In this document: in pieces, positions 1 through 15,396 of the stretch
Position numbering within the stretch: position 1 is the stretch's first letter
Layout: each line of letters begins with the position of its first letter
Assembly: GCA_012295275.1 (NCBI GenBank)
Contig: CM022673.1
Span: 21,018,001-21,082,000, forward strand
Length of the DNA stretch: 64,000 nucleotides
DNA from: Chrysomallon squamiferum
Lineage: Eukaryota; Animalia; Mollusca
Reading direction: 5' to 3'
Position numbers and translations under genes: made by a program
Notes under the pieces: generated by a model
Told to the model about the DNA's origin: nothing
Seen by the model: only the letters and a program-made list of their open reading frames with translations
Database searches by the model: none

Positions 1-46
1 AACAAAAAACAACAGCAGCAACAACAATGAAATAATAATAATACAT

Positions 47-129
47 CAGGTACCGGACCAGTTATCCGGCGTCCTGAAATCCGGAATGCCTCAGGCCCCA
101 AGGAGTCCGGATAATTGTTCCGGTACCTG
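47..129. mobile_element. Short MITE-like element with 23-bp terminal inverted repeats (possibly pogo/Tigger-type)
   Basis: Left CAGGTACCGGACCAGTTATCCGG versus reverse complement of right end CAGGTACCGGAACAATTATCCGG (2 mismatches). CAG...CTG termini, internal TCCGG motifs, TA on the right flank only. Family assignment is inference. Confidence 0.6.
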
Positions 130-1990
130 TAATAATAAGACATGTATATCTCTGTATGTGCGTGCGTGTTTATATTTATATATACATATATATACACATA
201 CACATATACAAATATATATACATATACATATACACACGTATTAGTATATATATATATACCGATCACGATATATACAGTTCAGCGTCTGTCTGTCATCACC
301 ACCATCGTCATCATTTTTTAATGAATAAATTGTTATCATGTTCACTTTGTGACAGTTCGTTTGAATAATTGACGACTTTTAACGTAGTTGCTTAGAGATG
401 AAGACAAACAATTAATTGTCATTATTATTATTATTATTATTATGTAAATTAGTTTGTATTATACTTCTCTTGTTTCTTTACTGATGCAAATAATAATAAA
501 CATTAAAAACACATCGATGATTAAAAATTACGATTCTTTTTCTTTTGGAAAGCAAAATACAAAAACAAAACAAAAACCAGACCACAAACACACCAACATA
601 CACTTACAGATAAACACACAGATAAACAGACTGATAGTCGGACAGACAGATACGACTGACAAGGAAAACCCCCAGCAGCTATCAGTTTCTTAATACAAAT
701 GACGAATCTGTAGAATTATTACAATTAATTTGTACAACAAAACAAAAGAACATGCGAAAGAAATCCCATTAAATAGCCAGTAACCATAAACCAGAACAGT
801 GGGTGTACAACGAGACGATTTTCATCTTCTCTTGACTTTTACTTCGAGTACGGGTTTCAAAATAACATACAGTGTACAAAGACAAATCATCTACTTGACG
901 TTAGGAAAGGGAAAGTTTTTTTTAATTTTTTTATGTTGTATATATTTTTAATTTTTTTTTTCTTTTCGGATTAGCTTTTTTTAAAGACATAATAAGTTCT
1001 CTTTATAATAATATTAAAGAGAATTTTCTCTTTAGCTGCTTTTTGCGCTGTGTGTTTATCAGTCTTCGTTCAAAGGGACTCAGCGATGAGTATACAGACA
1101 CAACATTCTCTTCTGGTTTTGTTTAATGTCTTTGTGTATGTGTGTGTGTGTGTGTGTGTCTGTGTCTGTTAGTGTGTGTGTGCGCGTGCGTTGCGTGCTA
1201 GCTCTTCTATGATGATAATCAGTTGTTAATATTAATACATTTTCTGAAATATCAGCTAACATGATTTTGGGAATTGTAAAAGTGTAATCTTTACCATAGT
1301 TAAACTTCAGTGAAGATTCGTGTAATGTTCTAGAATCGTACTTGTGCTAGTGGTATGGTCACCAAAGCACTGTGAAGTAGATACTCGAAATTTTCCTATT
1401 TTTAGATTTTCTTGAAATTGGCTCCAAGGCTAAACTGGAAAAGGCGTTTCAATTACTGTAAACTTGTTCAGTACTAAAACGTCACAGTGGATGTTATTTA
1501 CCGTTAAAAAAAGCCAATCGTTTAACAGTTAATAACAGACTAACTTGCGTATTTGTATTAAACCCTAGTCCGACAAATATAAGTCTTTAAAAAAAATATA
1601 TCAATCACAGGCTAAATAGCGTGCCACAGACAGAGGTCTTAAACTGGTGTTTTGTTTTAGATTTCATGGTTTTTTTTACAAGACATATAGTATTGGGATT
1701 AGTTGTTTACTGTAATAATTTGGCATAAACGAGATTTGTGATTTTAAACAGATACTATCTTAAGTTTCTAGATGCACCTCTCTAAGCCATCTTTTTCTCT
1801 GTTTCTCATTTTTCTCTTTTTATTTGTTCGTTATCTCTCTTTTTCTTACGCTTAGCTCTCTCTGCTCATTTCTCTACCTCCCTCTCCGTCTTCCCCTTTT
1901 TTCGTCTGTTTTGTATCATCATTTTGAATTAAAAATAATATTGTGTTAGAAGAATTACATTAAAGAACAATTTATTTATTTATTTTGTTG

Positions 1991-2058
<68 letters not shown>

Positions 2059-2373
2059 ATTTATTTATTTATTTATTTATTTATAGTTTTGGTCTTTTAC
2101 ATAAACTATATAGAAAAATAATTTCTCTGAATAATGTACCGAGGCGTTACCTATATGTATAAAAATTCCTGTTCATCACCTGTTTATAGAAACAAATCAT
2201 TTAAGACGAGTACTCTTTCAGTGTTATGTTTTGTTCCCTACATTAAAAACAATATAATTATCATCATTTGCTTGGAATGGTATTTACAGTATGGTATTGC
2301 GTGAATAGGAATAAACACATATACACCTAAACATACACACATACACACGCTCATACAGAAACACACACCACAC

Positions 2374-2424
<51 letters not shown>

Positions 2425-4249
2425 AATAAATAAATAAATAAATATTTACTACTACTACTATATTACCAATACTCCCATTACTACTACTCTTACTACTACT
2501 ATTACTGCCACTACTACTACTACTACTACTACTACTAACAATAACAACATTAACAACAAAGTAAGAGAGAGAAAAATGACATATTAACATGAAAATAAAA
2601 AGGAAAGAAGGAAAACAAGGATTATCTTCTTTTTTCTTTTTTTTTTCATTTTCGTTTGCTTAAAGAAGTTCCAGATGAAAACATGAAAGGTATGAAATCC
2701 CTGACGTACTGTGGTGAGAAAAAACCTAACTGAAGTCATCAAACTGCTGAGAATGGAGCGCACGCGCAACTCTCTAAACATAGATATCTGTCGTAAACCA
2801 ACTCGGAAGGCATGTCTAAAACACGGAAAAACAGTGACACGCAAGTCAGTTAATGCTCTATTACACTGTCAGAGTTCATTTTTCATCTCAGAATAGAACT
2901 AGTAAAACAACAGCCGAGGAAATTACAGTTCAAACCCCTGTCAACGAGAAACAGTCTGTATTTTCTTTTCTTCTCTTTTTTTTCTCAAAATAAAGGCGTG
3001 TTTATTTCATCTCTTTAAAGTACAGAATTCATCATTTGTCGATCTTTATTTTAAATTCATCTTTTTTATTTGATAGAAGAATATTGTATTAAAATTAAGA
3101 AAATTGTAAAAACTAAAAAAATTAATTCATAATTTTAAAAATTATCTACAAGCCTATAAAAATCGTAGAGAATAATTAATGTTTTCTTTAGCAACCTTTT
3201 ATCAGATTTGCATGGACATTGCTGTTTTCGATTTTTTCAGTTTTATTTATTTATTTATTTATTATTATTATTATTATTAGTTGTTTTTTTTATTATTTTT
3301 TTTTTATGCCTTTCTGTTTTCTTCTTCCAATGACTTAAAGTTAATTACGCGTTAAACTACAGAAATACAGAGCAAACAATAATCTTATACTTCCAGTTAC
3401 CTAAACATCATGTTTGCTTATTTATTTATTTATTTTAAAAAAAAGGTACATATTCGAATTTTTAATTTTGGCACTAAATAGTAGGAAATAATAAAAAGGT
3501 CTGTGAGAAATACGGGATCGTTAGTGTGAATCGCACGAATTTCGAAGGATTACAGCGGATCACGACACAGTGAACTACGTTTGTCCACTCACAGCGAAAC
3601 CCAGCTTTGCTTTTCGTTAATAATTTATGGAACTTCACGCTTAAGAGACTCAGGTGTACGGACACAGTTAATGTGAACTTAGTTCAAAGCACACTTTTGG
3701 GAACATATGGTTTGTCAACTTAAAAGTGATCATTAGTTCATTTAAACGTACTGAGCCATGCCATCAATCCTGTCAGACGCTGATTATTAAAACCCATTAA
3801 AATAAATGGAATTGCACTGCAGTTATAATGAGAGAACGTCAGTTCACACATTCGGTCACTTCATGTAACAAACAGACATGTTTATTCTTTTCACTATTTC
3901 GACAAAATAAAGAGACAAGATTCGGCTCTGGTTGTGTCGAGAAATAGTTAAAGAAGATTTAAAACATACTCATGTCATTTAGGAAAACTGCTTTGAATAA
4001 TGGTGACTAAACGGAAGCAGAAATATTACAGCAGACAGAGAGATAGAGAAGGAGGGAGGGTGGGAGGAATAGGGAGAGTTTCAAAGCACACAAAATATAA
4101 TATTTAAAAATATTAATAAAGTCCAACACGTGCTTACACTGAATAGTCACTACTGTCACAATAAAATAGCAAAAATAAAAAAGTAAGAAAAAAATAAATA
4201 AAAGAGGAAAACATAAAAAGTAAAAAATAAATAATAATATAAAATACAG

Positions 4250-4252
<3 letters not shown>

Positions 4253-4331
<79 letters not shown>
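4253..4331. repeat. (GA)n microsatellite
   Basis: Pure GA dinucleotide run. Confidence 0.95.
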
Positions 4332-4334
<3 letters not shown>

Positions 4335-6479
4335 TTTGTGTTAGTCAAACATTAATGTAGAATAAAGCTTTCGTAACGTGAACGTAAAATGAGAAACATT
4401 CAAACGCAATCACTGAAATCTAAGATTCTTTTCACCTATGAGGCTATGTACGCAGACCAGTTTGGAGAATGTATTTATTCACAAGAATCAGGTTAAAGCT
4501 TGCCATTAATAACTTTCTAGGATCGTTGGACGTTTGACCAAAAATATGAATGCAGACGCCAACCTTAATTGATTTTAGTACTAACAACCTTGTCCTCGAC
4601 TGTCTAAGTTAAAAGAGTTCCGTTGAACATGCTCCGTAAAACGTAAGTGTTTATCGAGATATGTAGTCATTAGTATTATTGTTATTATTATAGGCAGAAC
4701 CTCAAAAGGAACTCACTGGTACTTTGTTTCCTGTCTAAGTGAATGTAGATAATAAAGATCGTTTAGCGCGCTAATTAAATGATCAGGAGTTCACATAGCG
4801 CGTTGGGATTTCTCGGTTAATTTCAGCCGCAGTAATAGTGTTATGTTAACACCTTACAAGTTGTGAGTAAATAGTGAGTGCTAAGGTTTCCTAGATGAAT
4901 AATCCCTTCATTATTCTAAATACCGAACTAAATATTAATTAAAACGAATGTACTTTATAATAACTGAAATGTAAGAAAGAGAGGAAGTTTTTAGAATTTC
5001 AACACCTTCACATCCTCTGTAATAAGTGTCAGACATCCAATTTTTTGTAGTGATTGTTATGACTGGAAAATCGCAACCACTACATTTAAATAATTACTCT
5101 CATCCATTAACAATATTTTATTTTTATATGCACCTACCCAAACCAGCAACGAGAAATAACTCTAAGGTGGAGACAAGGAAGGCTGATCATGTGACTGATG
5201 ATCCGAGTACTACAGCCCACTTCAGTAAGAAAGGTGTTTTCACTTTGCTAAACAAAATTTTCTTAATCGACCATTTCGTAAAGAAGACAGGCCATTTGTA
5301 TTTTTTCATTACTCTTGTCTTTAATGTTCTTGATTATTTATTTAATTCTGCTACTAATAGTGATTTGTATTTCATCTCTCTTTCACTCAGTGTTATTGTT
5401 AAAATATTAAATCGTTAGAAAAGAAATATAATTTAAATCTTTATATCAACAAACGTAAAACAAATAAAATATAGAATAAATAAAATATAGAATAAATCAA
5501 AATACGAAAAGGGATGCTAAGATATAAATATGAAATTACAAAGAAAACAATAGTTTGGTAAACTCTGAGGAACGGGTTCAGTTCCCCTATTGAGCTTCGT
5601 ACAAAAATAAGCATTTGAGGAACAAGACGCTGAATCAATGACCGATTGGACTTTTCTGTCTTTCATTTTTCTCTTTCAGTTTCTAATCTGTCATTATGAG
5701 CTCGTACTGATTAGCAATACGTTGTTATTAAAAAGGAAAGACGATCCTACAGTTTTACAATATCCGTCCACACAGTTTTTGTACGAGACAGAAGAGTTTT
5801 TAAATGGCAGACTCGATTCGAGTAATCGCTTCCTACATACTACTGTTTAAACCCCAACTAGTTTTTACGTCTCAGAATATTAATCATTTATTAATCCGTA
5901 AAGACTTTTTGGATTAATAGTTCAGACTAATAATTGCAAACCGTAATCACAGATCTTAATTTACTCATAAATCATTGCTCGGATGCTAGATGTAAGATTG
6001 CGTACAAAACTGTGAAAGGTCTGAGTATCATCGTACATGAATAAAAAACTAAAAAGTTGTTTAGAAAACTGTATCGATCTAACCGGAAGAGAATCTGTAC
6101 CATTTTTCCGTTAATAGTATCGTTCTGAATATATAAATTTGTTTGACCATTCTTCTGCTTATTTATTTTATTCTATTTTTCTTTTTCATTTGTTTATTTG
6201 TTTGTATGTTTAATTACTTTCCATGCAATTTCAGTTCAGTTCTGGTCAAATGTACTAGCTCGAAGTCGAACATACATTTAAAATATTTGTTTTTACTTAA
6301 TTGCTGTTATAAGGCTTTTTACGCAGTTAAGGATTACACAGCAAGTGATACAGGAAAGTGAGAAATGGGCTACTCCTTCCATTATATCCGTCTTTATGTA
6401 TGTCTGTAAATACGTAGTTACCTAATCTAATATGCACAGAAAAGAAATTACGAAAAAAATAAAATTACATACTGACTCC

Positions 6480-6512
<33 letters not shown>

Positions 6513-7583
6513 TGAGTCTGCGTGTGTGATATTTAATGAACCGACACTCTATTCATTACTATTTCAATTACATCAGACTTCAAACGGAATAGATAATGAC
6601 CGTCTGCACTACACTGATGCTGTTTGTATGCATAGAAGCCATGATACATCTGATTATGTAATAATATATTATGATACCGAAATACGTACTCTGTTGCGAC
6701 TGTTTTACATTACTGGCCTTTAATAATTAATAGCAACCTTATCGAAAATATCAATAGATATTTAATACATTGACCTTTTCTGTACTGTTCATGATTCTGC
6801 AGAACATTTTATAATATAAACTATAAAATTATATTTATTTTGCTCAGATAGACCTAAAGATTATAGATAGATAGATAGATAGATAGATAGTAGAGATAGA
6901 CAGACAAGCAGATAGATAGAGTTAGGTACATCTGCTGTATTTAAATGCATATTTCAGACTTCCACAGTGAGTATTAAATGTAAAAGAAATGTTTTATTTC
7001 AGTCATTTTAGAACGTAAATAATTTTCATGTTTTTTGTTGTATTTGTTTTATGTCCTCCCACTGCTGTTCTGAAAGCAACACTGTACTTGAAAATTGTTT
7101 TGAAGTTTATATTCATGTCAGTGTGTATAATGTCTGTGTTTATTATTATTATTATTATTGCGACAAACAAGAACAATCAATATGTGACGTTCATATTTTA
7201 TTCTTATTGATCCTGAGCTATAATTAAGTTATGTACATGCGTTCAAAACAATACATGAATCCGATCTGGTATCAATAATCTATTTTCTGGCGTCAAAAAA
7301 GGCCCTTAGATTTTCCATCGGTTAAATCATATAATAAAATAATGGACATTATAATGACAGTTAAACGCATACTGTAATTTTAGAAGAAGATTCGATTTTA
7401 GTAATAAGTTGGGAGATTTTTGTGTTTCCTTGCATTCTTTGGTCAGCAACCCATATATCACTTACATTCAAGGCTGATGTCATAACTAGAGTTTATATCG
7501 CTTTACACAGACGATTGACAATATACCCAAGCTTATGCGTATAATAATTATTCTGGAACTGTAAGTAAATTAATGGTTACACA

Positions 7584-8247
7584 CAAATAACTGCGTCTGT
7601 TAACACACGTGGATATAACCCACTGAACTGCTGATATAGCTGACCAGAGGTTATGGAAATAATAGCTGGTTATTAAATATATAAAATCGATTACAAAATC
7701 AATGGTTATAAGCAGGGCTGATAACAGTTACAAAAAATGGTCGCGTTAAGCCTTAATAAAAATGATCGAGTAAATCGTATTTTTTATTATGATTATAGAA
7801 ATTCATTGTCTGTGAGTAAGATCCGATCACATAAAGCTGTTGTTGAACAATAAATCGCTGTTGAAGAGCGGGATTACAAAGTCTTCAATACGTTTTTCAA
7901 ATTAAAGAAAAGATAATCGTGTAACTCGCTAGTTGCAGGGCAGAGTTGATAACATGATCAGCAGTCATGTCCTAAAAAACCCGCTGAAGATGTAATCTAA
8001 GACGAATCTAATCACTGGACATAAGACTGACTGATCATAGACAGTGCAGACAACAGTCTTCTTTAAATCACAGAATTTAAAGTTGAATAAATAGCAGGTT
8101 ATGAATAACGTTAAAGTTGAATAAATAGCAGGTTATGAATAACGTTAACATTACATATATTTGTATATGTACGATTAAACTGTGCAAATAACTGCGTCTA
8201 TTAACACAGGTGGACATAACCAGCTGAACTGCTGACAGAGCTGATCA
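7584..8247 (+). repeat. Pair of ~63-bp direct repeats (7584-7646 and 8185-8247)
   Basis: CAAATAACTGCGTCT(g/a)TTAACACA(c/g)GTGGA(t/c)ATAACC..CTGAACTGCTGA....GCTGA.CA occurs twice, 601 bp apart. Confidence 0.8.
8077..8148. repeat. Perfect tandem duplication of a 34-bp unit
   Basis: TTAAAGTTGAATAAATAGCAGGTTATGAATAACG x2. Confidence 0.9.
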
Positions 8248-8864
8248 CGTGACGTATTCAGCTAAATCAGCGCTGATAATGTGACTGGAGTATGCGAAAA
8301 AGAGAAATATTTCTGTATCTAACTTTGGACAATTTTTCATTTGTTCTTGAATATATTTTTGAAACCTTCTATTTGTGTAGAGAAAATAAAAAGAAGCAAA
8401 AGAATAAATAAAAAACAAAACAAAATAAATAAATAAATAAATAATAATAAAAAAAAAAAGTTGATAGAAACAAAACAAATACCAAAAAACAAACAAACAT
8501 ACAAAGAACAAAAACAACCAAAACTAAACGAACAAATAAAAAAAAAAAAAAAAACTATAACAAAATCTCTTTCCTACCCACCCCCCTGAAAAAAAAAAAA
8601 AAAAAAAAAAAACCGATATCGGGTTGAACGGGCTGAAAAAAATGAAAACAATAAATACATGATAATCATAATAATAAAGCTAATACTCAGCTTATATAAA
8701 TAACACATAGGATCAATACATTTTTCAAATATATCACAGCACTAGCGGTACTGAAAATTAAAATCACAGTGCGAAGTTCTCATGCCTTGCACAATAACAG
8801 CTACTCAACAGCCCTCTTCAAGCCATAGCAGTACGTCTTCGATTAACAGGAACTCTGGGAATTA

Positions 8865-9073
8865 GAAGCACGCGCGTATTCCCGCCCTCATCCCTCTTTA
8901 CTTTATCTGAGTGGCTACTTCGTCACTGACTGTTGACCAACTCGAGTGAGGTATTTTACTCGTGTGTGTGAACAGAAAAAGTGAGACAGCAGTGAATGTG
9001 TTTTGTAAGCGACAAACACGAAAAATAATAGTCAGGAATAAAAAGTCTTAACAAGGAATTATTTCAAACATCG
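8865..9073 (+). promoter_or_regulatory. Candidate promoter plus non-coding first exon of the GPCR gene
   Basis: Locally CpG-richer patch (GCACGCGCG, CCCGCCC GC-box-like) followed by a strong donor TCG|GTAAGT at 9073/9074 and then very AT-rich intron-like DNA. Assignment to the GPCR is inference. Confidence 0.4.
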
Positions 9074-12059
9074 GTAAGTTACTTTGAAATTCATTGTCTT
9101 ATTTTTTTTTTGTTGAAACTGAATTGTTCTCTTATTCATTTTATTCTACATGGAACTAGAAAAGATTTCTTAAATTAATTTAAATAAAATATACACTTGA
9201 AATTGAAAGGAATTTTTAAAAACATATTTTTAATTTGTGTGAATAGAATTCATATTCATTTTGTTTTTATATTGAAACTAACCCATAAATTTGTGGGGGA
9301 ATCGCAATGAATAGGATTTTTATTATTACTATTTTTTAAAAACTGAATTTGAATAAGCGTAGGAAGCTTAATCACTTTTTTATATTTGTTTTTTTCTTCA
9401 TATTATTTAGAATTCGATTTACTGCTGTTTCTACACAAAATAATACATTATTATAATACTTATTGTTTTAAACATTAAAGGCTGAATAAGATTTGTGTTC
9501 AAAGTGTGTATGTATCTGTATATATATATATAAAAATACAGAGTTCTCAGATTTCAAAGATATTTTGTTTTAATTAGTTATTTACGCTCGTTGCCGGATT
9601 TAGTGACGGCAAAGCTGTATGCTATAGGGATGTTTTTGAAGAAAGAAAAAAAGACAATGTAACAACAGAACTTTGTTCCACCAGTCTGTAAGCCGTCAGC
9701 TGTGGTAAGCTGCAAAGGCCCTGTTTGACAATATTAACATGAAATAAGGCGTCTCAACTAGTCAGAGAGGCCCTATTTGGTTAGTCTTAACTGTTAATAC
9801 GAACTGTAAAAGCTCTAACTTCTAATTTGTTAACTTTTTATCTTGACATGGCGGTGCATTTTTTTTATTTTAAATTATTTAATTTTTTTATTGTGCATTA
9901 ATTATCGTAAAATATTTATTAAAAGTTTGGAAAAGTTAACAGCAACATTAATGTTGATCATATTGATGACAATAACGATGACGACGACGATGATGACAAT
10001 AATCATACAACAGCAACAACAATGATGATATTAAAAAACAAAAAACAAATCAAATGGAATCCTAAAAAAAGAGGACAGACTAAGCCAACTGACCTAGAAC
10101 TTGCAGACTTAGTTAATTACCTGAAATGAAAGGTTGGGTATTAAAAATAATGTATTTAAGTCCACGTAAATCACACATCTTAGAGTTTCAGAACACATCA
10201 TTTCCTAAATCTAGTTTTCCTCACCCGTAAGTCAAACGGGTTTAGAAAAAGATCAGAATTTCAGAAAAGATCAAAACGAATTGTAGGTTTCAGTAAAGTC
10301 GCTTAATCACTTAACTGAAATATGATCCAACGTGAACGCATTATGCAAACAGGAACTATTTCAAGCACGAACGGCAAAAAAAATCTTTACTTTCAAGATT
10401 ATTAAAACTGTGACCTATTTTGTTAATCTGTCCATGAAGTTCTGGTTACAACAGATAATCTAATCAGTTGTAATATACTGAATGGACAATCTGCAATCGG
10501 ACAGCCAAAGCAATCATTTCATGGCCCGAGTGTAAAAATCACGGGCCTTGGGCAAAGAGTCATCGTATTCTAAAAAGCCGGCGACCAAGACAACGTCCTG
10601 CCTCTGGTTAACGGTCTACAGCTGAGTAGTCCAGCAATACAGGGATAAAGAGCAGATGAGATGACAACGCATTTAATACTGAATTCCATGTAAAATATTA
10701 GCAAGTTCATAATTACATATCCAATCGATAGTGCTGTGTGCATACAGATAACGCATTTCAGGGATGATATCTGACGACGCTGACATTAAATTTCGGATGG
10801 GAAAGGCATGTAATTTGGAAAATCTTTCATACACGTTATTCAGATGCTGGAATGGTTGGTTGTAGATGAATGTCACTGGCACAATAGCAGTGATCTTAGG
10901 ATCGAATGCGGTTGGAGGACTATAAGCATTATTTACCGTTTCTCTCAGTATTTCTTATATTCCATCCTGGAATATTAATGTTGATTGTAAAATGTTACTC
11001 TAGTGTGTTGCTGAATAAATATTCCATTCAAATTTTAATGTGGTACCATTTATATTACTTTGTTTACTTTTATTTTTTTTTTTACTTTTATTTTATTATT
11101 ATTTTTTTTTTTTTTTTTTTTTTGCATTTCGTAACAATAACAACAACAATAAAATTACTACTACTACTACTACTAATATTTGTTATGTTATATTATCTTA
11201 TTCTTATTCTTGAAAGCTGATGATGAATATGATGATGATGATGATAATTATTATTGTTGGTGCTGCTGTTGTTTCAGCTGTTCTCAGTATTATAACATAA
11301 TACAAAGCTGAGTCAAATTATCATAGATCGTTTATTAGAATAGGAAAACAACAAAATCCCCCTGGATCACATAGACAAACCGAGCTATTTCTGACCTTAA
11401 AGGGATCTGGCTCTGAATATGAATATAAATGTTAGGAAAAGGTTCTTTGGTTATGAATGTAAATGTGATGTGAAGGTCAAGTGACTACAGAATTGTGGGC
11501 AAAGTAATGCGATTATGAACATGAAAATAAATGACAGGTCAACGTCAACATCACGTGATGAATTTATATGTTTGGAAAGAGGTTAAAATCGGACGAATGT
11601 AAAAAATCGAGTCTAGATCAAGATCATGTAAATATTAATACTACTGCCCAGTTTAATAAAACTTACAGTTTCGTCAGATTATCGCTGTATGGGGAAAAAA
11701 ATGTAGCCTAACTATATGTTAATTGTATAATCTGTGTTTTCGTTTTTGTATGAATATCTCTCTGAATGATTACATATATATTATGAAGGTTATATATTGT
11801 TTATTCGTATAATATATTTAAGAAAAAAAATAAAAATAAAAGGTAACATTGTATCTGATACAGGTTTGTAAAGATGCATTATAAAACTTTTCCGATTCTC
11901 TATCGTATATAAACATCGGAATTACTGCTAATTGAAATGCTATAAATAGTAACAAATGAGCCTCTTTTAGACATTGTTTTGTTCAGAACAATAGCAAAAA
12001 TGTCTTAACAATCTTTTTTTTAATTAATAGAATATTCCTTTCACATTATTATTATTATT

Positions 12060-12107
<48 letters not shown>

Positions 12108-14181
12108 GAGCTTGATTAAAATCATTTGTTCTTATTGTTTGGCTAATGGTCACAGACAAGGATACACCATCAAGCTTAGAACATTATGGTCTACTTTTAA
12201 TTACAATCGACCCAGAAGAATCGAATTTTGCCTGCACATCGCTAAACTATTTTTATGAATGAACACCCTCCACCACCGCTCGTCTCAGTCTGACCTGAAA
12301 ACGTGCAAAGCAACCGCCTGAAGTTGAATTCTGCTAAACGTTGAATGATAATCATTTATGTTGAAGACTTCAAAGATTGAAGAAAGATGACGGTCTTGCG
12401 TCCATCGCTATCCTATCGATGTGGGTTATAATTTTGCAGTTCAAAGAGTGTATTTTCAAAAAGAGAATGGCAGCTCCATTAAGGTCGTGTATCCGCCAGA
12501 GACAACTACAATTACAAGAACTTTATCAGGCAACAGGATCCAGGGACATTAATTGTACGCATGAGACAGAAACGAAAATTATTTTGAAAAACAGACAGTT
12601 TTGAAAAAGATTTGTTAGTCGTATTTGGCACTAGGGTCAATCAGTTGAGACAGTTTTTAATTTAGGATTTGTAAATTACAGGTTTTCGCTGTGATATGTT
12701 TTGGAATACATAAATGATTAATTATGTCAGTCATCTGTCTGAACTCGAAACAAGAGCAACGTCCTTATCTGTACGAAATAAAAACAATAATGGCAGTTGC
12801 TGTTGTAGAAATGACTAGCAAAAATGCAGTAACAAGCAGCAGCAAATATTTTAAGCAGATGTAGTAATCATAGCAGTGATTGTGATAAAGCATTAATATT
12901 TTTGGTAAAGTTATTCGTTTAAGTAAAATAATGGCATATTTTAGCGGTAAACGATGTAAAAAAAATAATAATAAAATAAAATAAATAAAAGAGAACAAAA
13001 GCTATAAATGGACATAAATGGCTTACACAATATTAAATCGATTAATATAAAAACGCATATTATAAATTGTCTCTATCTTGTTTTTCTCTGAAATCATTGC
13101 GAAAACACATTAGTGCCCGCGAGGTTCTCAGTCATCTTATACTGATGCAAAAACTGTCTGACAAAAATGTTCAATATACATTTGTTAAACGTCGGGTGAT
13201 AATGTTTAATAATAGGGCGCCGTTTTGGCCATCTCTGCCTCATATCGAAAGAGAATCCGCCAAATACAAAGTCTGACACACACAATCAACAAAGCAATCA
13301 TTTTCGAAGACATCATCAGCGTTTTTGCATACGAAATAATTTTTAAAAAGTTTGTCACATCATCTGAATACCAACCATTGAAAACTTGTTGATTGGGGTC
13401 ACCGAGAGTCAATTCTGCGACCGCAATATTAATTTAAACGCGAACATAACTTGCCTGGGGTCAAATAAGCAAGGGTTTTTGTGACTCTGAAGTTGCTCGA
13501 TGAATAATTTTGAATAAACGGTATGTTTCCCCAAGCTCTTAAGATATTACTATGTACTCTGTCCCGCTGTTCTGGGTCTGATAGCCAGAAAACTGACGCG
13601 AGTTTTGTATCAGTTGTTATTGTGGATTAAATTTGATAAACATTACTTTAAAAATTGGTCTCCAGTTTGGACGTATACCAAATATAAATTTTGACATTAA
13701 ATAGTGACATAGTATCGATCATCTGATGAGATAACTATGTTGTAAGTTAATAGCCCCTCAGCCCTGAACTACTTCTTCAGTCTCGTTAGTTAAACATTTA
13801 CAATGAAATATTCTAGGATCGAATCCTGGCATGGGCATCTTGTAAAATATAACGAAGGAACTGTAATTATTCTCTCCTATTATTTTTCAAATTACCAGAG
13901 GCAATTTTTATTCTTGGATTTTGTGACCGAGCCATTGAGTTTAGAAGATCATGCTAATATTAAAATGTTTTAATTTTTGACAGGACATAGATGTTGAGAT
14001 GTATATATATATATGGTTTTGGATGTTCTTCGATAAAAAGTATTCTAAACTGATACAATGATATATTTACAATAATATCCCACAAAAAAATTAAATAATC
14101 ACGCATAAACAGAAATATATGTCAAGTACTGATTTATTAATAAAAGAAGGTTATCTATTATATACAGTTCCTTTGATTAGC

Positions 14182-14373
14182 AGCACCTCTTTAACGCATG
14201 GTCAGATTTTCATTACTTAAAACTTTATCCTGTTAAACTTACCTTTTGTTCGTATATTCGATATCTTCGATCTGTTTCATTTATAGATTCTTATTTGTCA
14301 AGCAAGAGATTATTTCCGTTAATCGAGACTTCCGGAAATACCGTAAACAGCTCTAGTTCCTTACATATGTCGT
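14182..14373 (+). repeat. ~190-bp dispersed direct repeat, copy 1 (copy 2 at 18518-18708)
   Basis: By-eye alignment shows 5 substitutions and 1 indel between the copies. Confidence 0.9.
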
Positions 14374-15255
14374 GACATTGTCCTTGCTGACCCAGTTTTA
14401 ATGAAGTCATCGTCGTTAATAAAAATTGTTTCTCTAAACGCTCTTTGATCTTTGACAAGCTTGGCGTAAACAGATTAAAGACTTCGTATTACTAAGGTTA
14501 TCGAGTAAGAAAAATAAAATTGTGGGATTTCAAAGCTGACACGAGTGTTTATTGCAGCTTGTTACTTGACATTTTCTCTGGTACAGCGCTAAAGTCGGGA
14601 GCTTTCTGTAGAATGTTACAGGTGTAAGACTGGGTTTTTTGGCAGTTTCTTAATTTTTAAACAAAGCATTTAATTTTAACATTCTGAAGCTACAAAAATA
14701 TGTTGACCTTATGAGATATTCGATTTACGCTTTAATGTCATCAAAACAAAAATAATAAAAATTCTTCAGTTTAAATATCTTCAAAACCAAAGTAATAAAA
14801 ATGCTTCAGTTTTTCCTGACGGTTTTTAAAGTATTTCTGTTGGTTGTTAGAGAACGTAAATGAAAGAAGCCTGGTGTGTGCTGCTGTAACATATTTGCAT
14901 TTGAAAACTGAAAGACAGTCTTGGATTATATCATTATTATCATCAAACTTGGTGTGAAAAATATTCTTGCAAATTCTAATGTACAAACAATATTTTGTGT
15001 TAATTATTCAGCATCCGATTTATATTAATATGCGGTAATATTTTCTGCACATTATGCATAGACAAATCATGAAATCTTTTAAAAATGAAGATTTGTGTAT
15101 CAGCACATTTGTAGCCTGTGTGAGTAGTCTTAGAATTTTGTGTATAATATGACAGCTCTGTAACATATGTGAAACAATAGCCTTTGCTTTTTATTAAAGG
15201 GGACTCCATTACAGTGAATTTCACTTTGCAGTTATAACGCCATACTACTATTACA

Positions 15256-15304
<49 letters not shown>

Positions 15305-15396
15305 ATACTAATACTACTAATACTGATAAGACAGCCTGCTGGCACCACACTTGCTATGTCTTCACCTCCCAATATTCGCTAATAATTTTCTTACAG

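Noticed and set aside
5026-5418. 130-aa ORF and other 60-110-aa track ORFs in intergenic or intronic DNA
   Set aside because: No recognisable domain, AT-biased composition, no compatible splice structure.
13750-13855. B-box-like GGATCGAATCC suggesting a tRNA or tRNA-derived SINE
   Set aside because: No cloverleaf, no convincing A box, tail or TSD.
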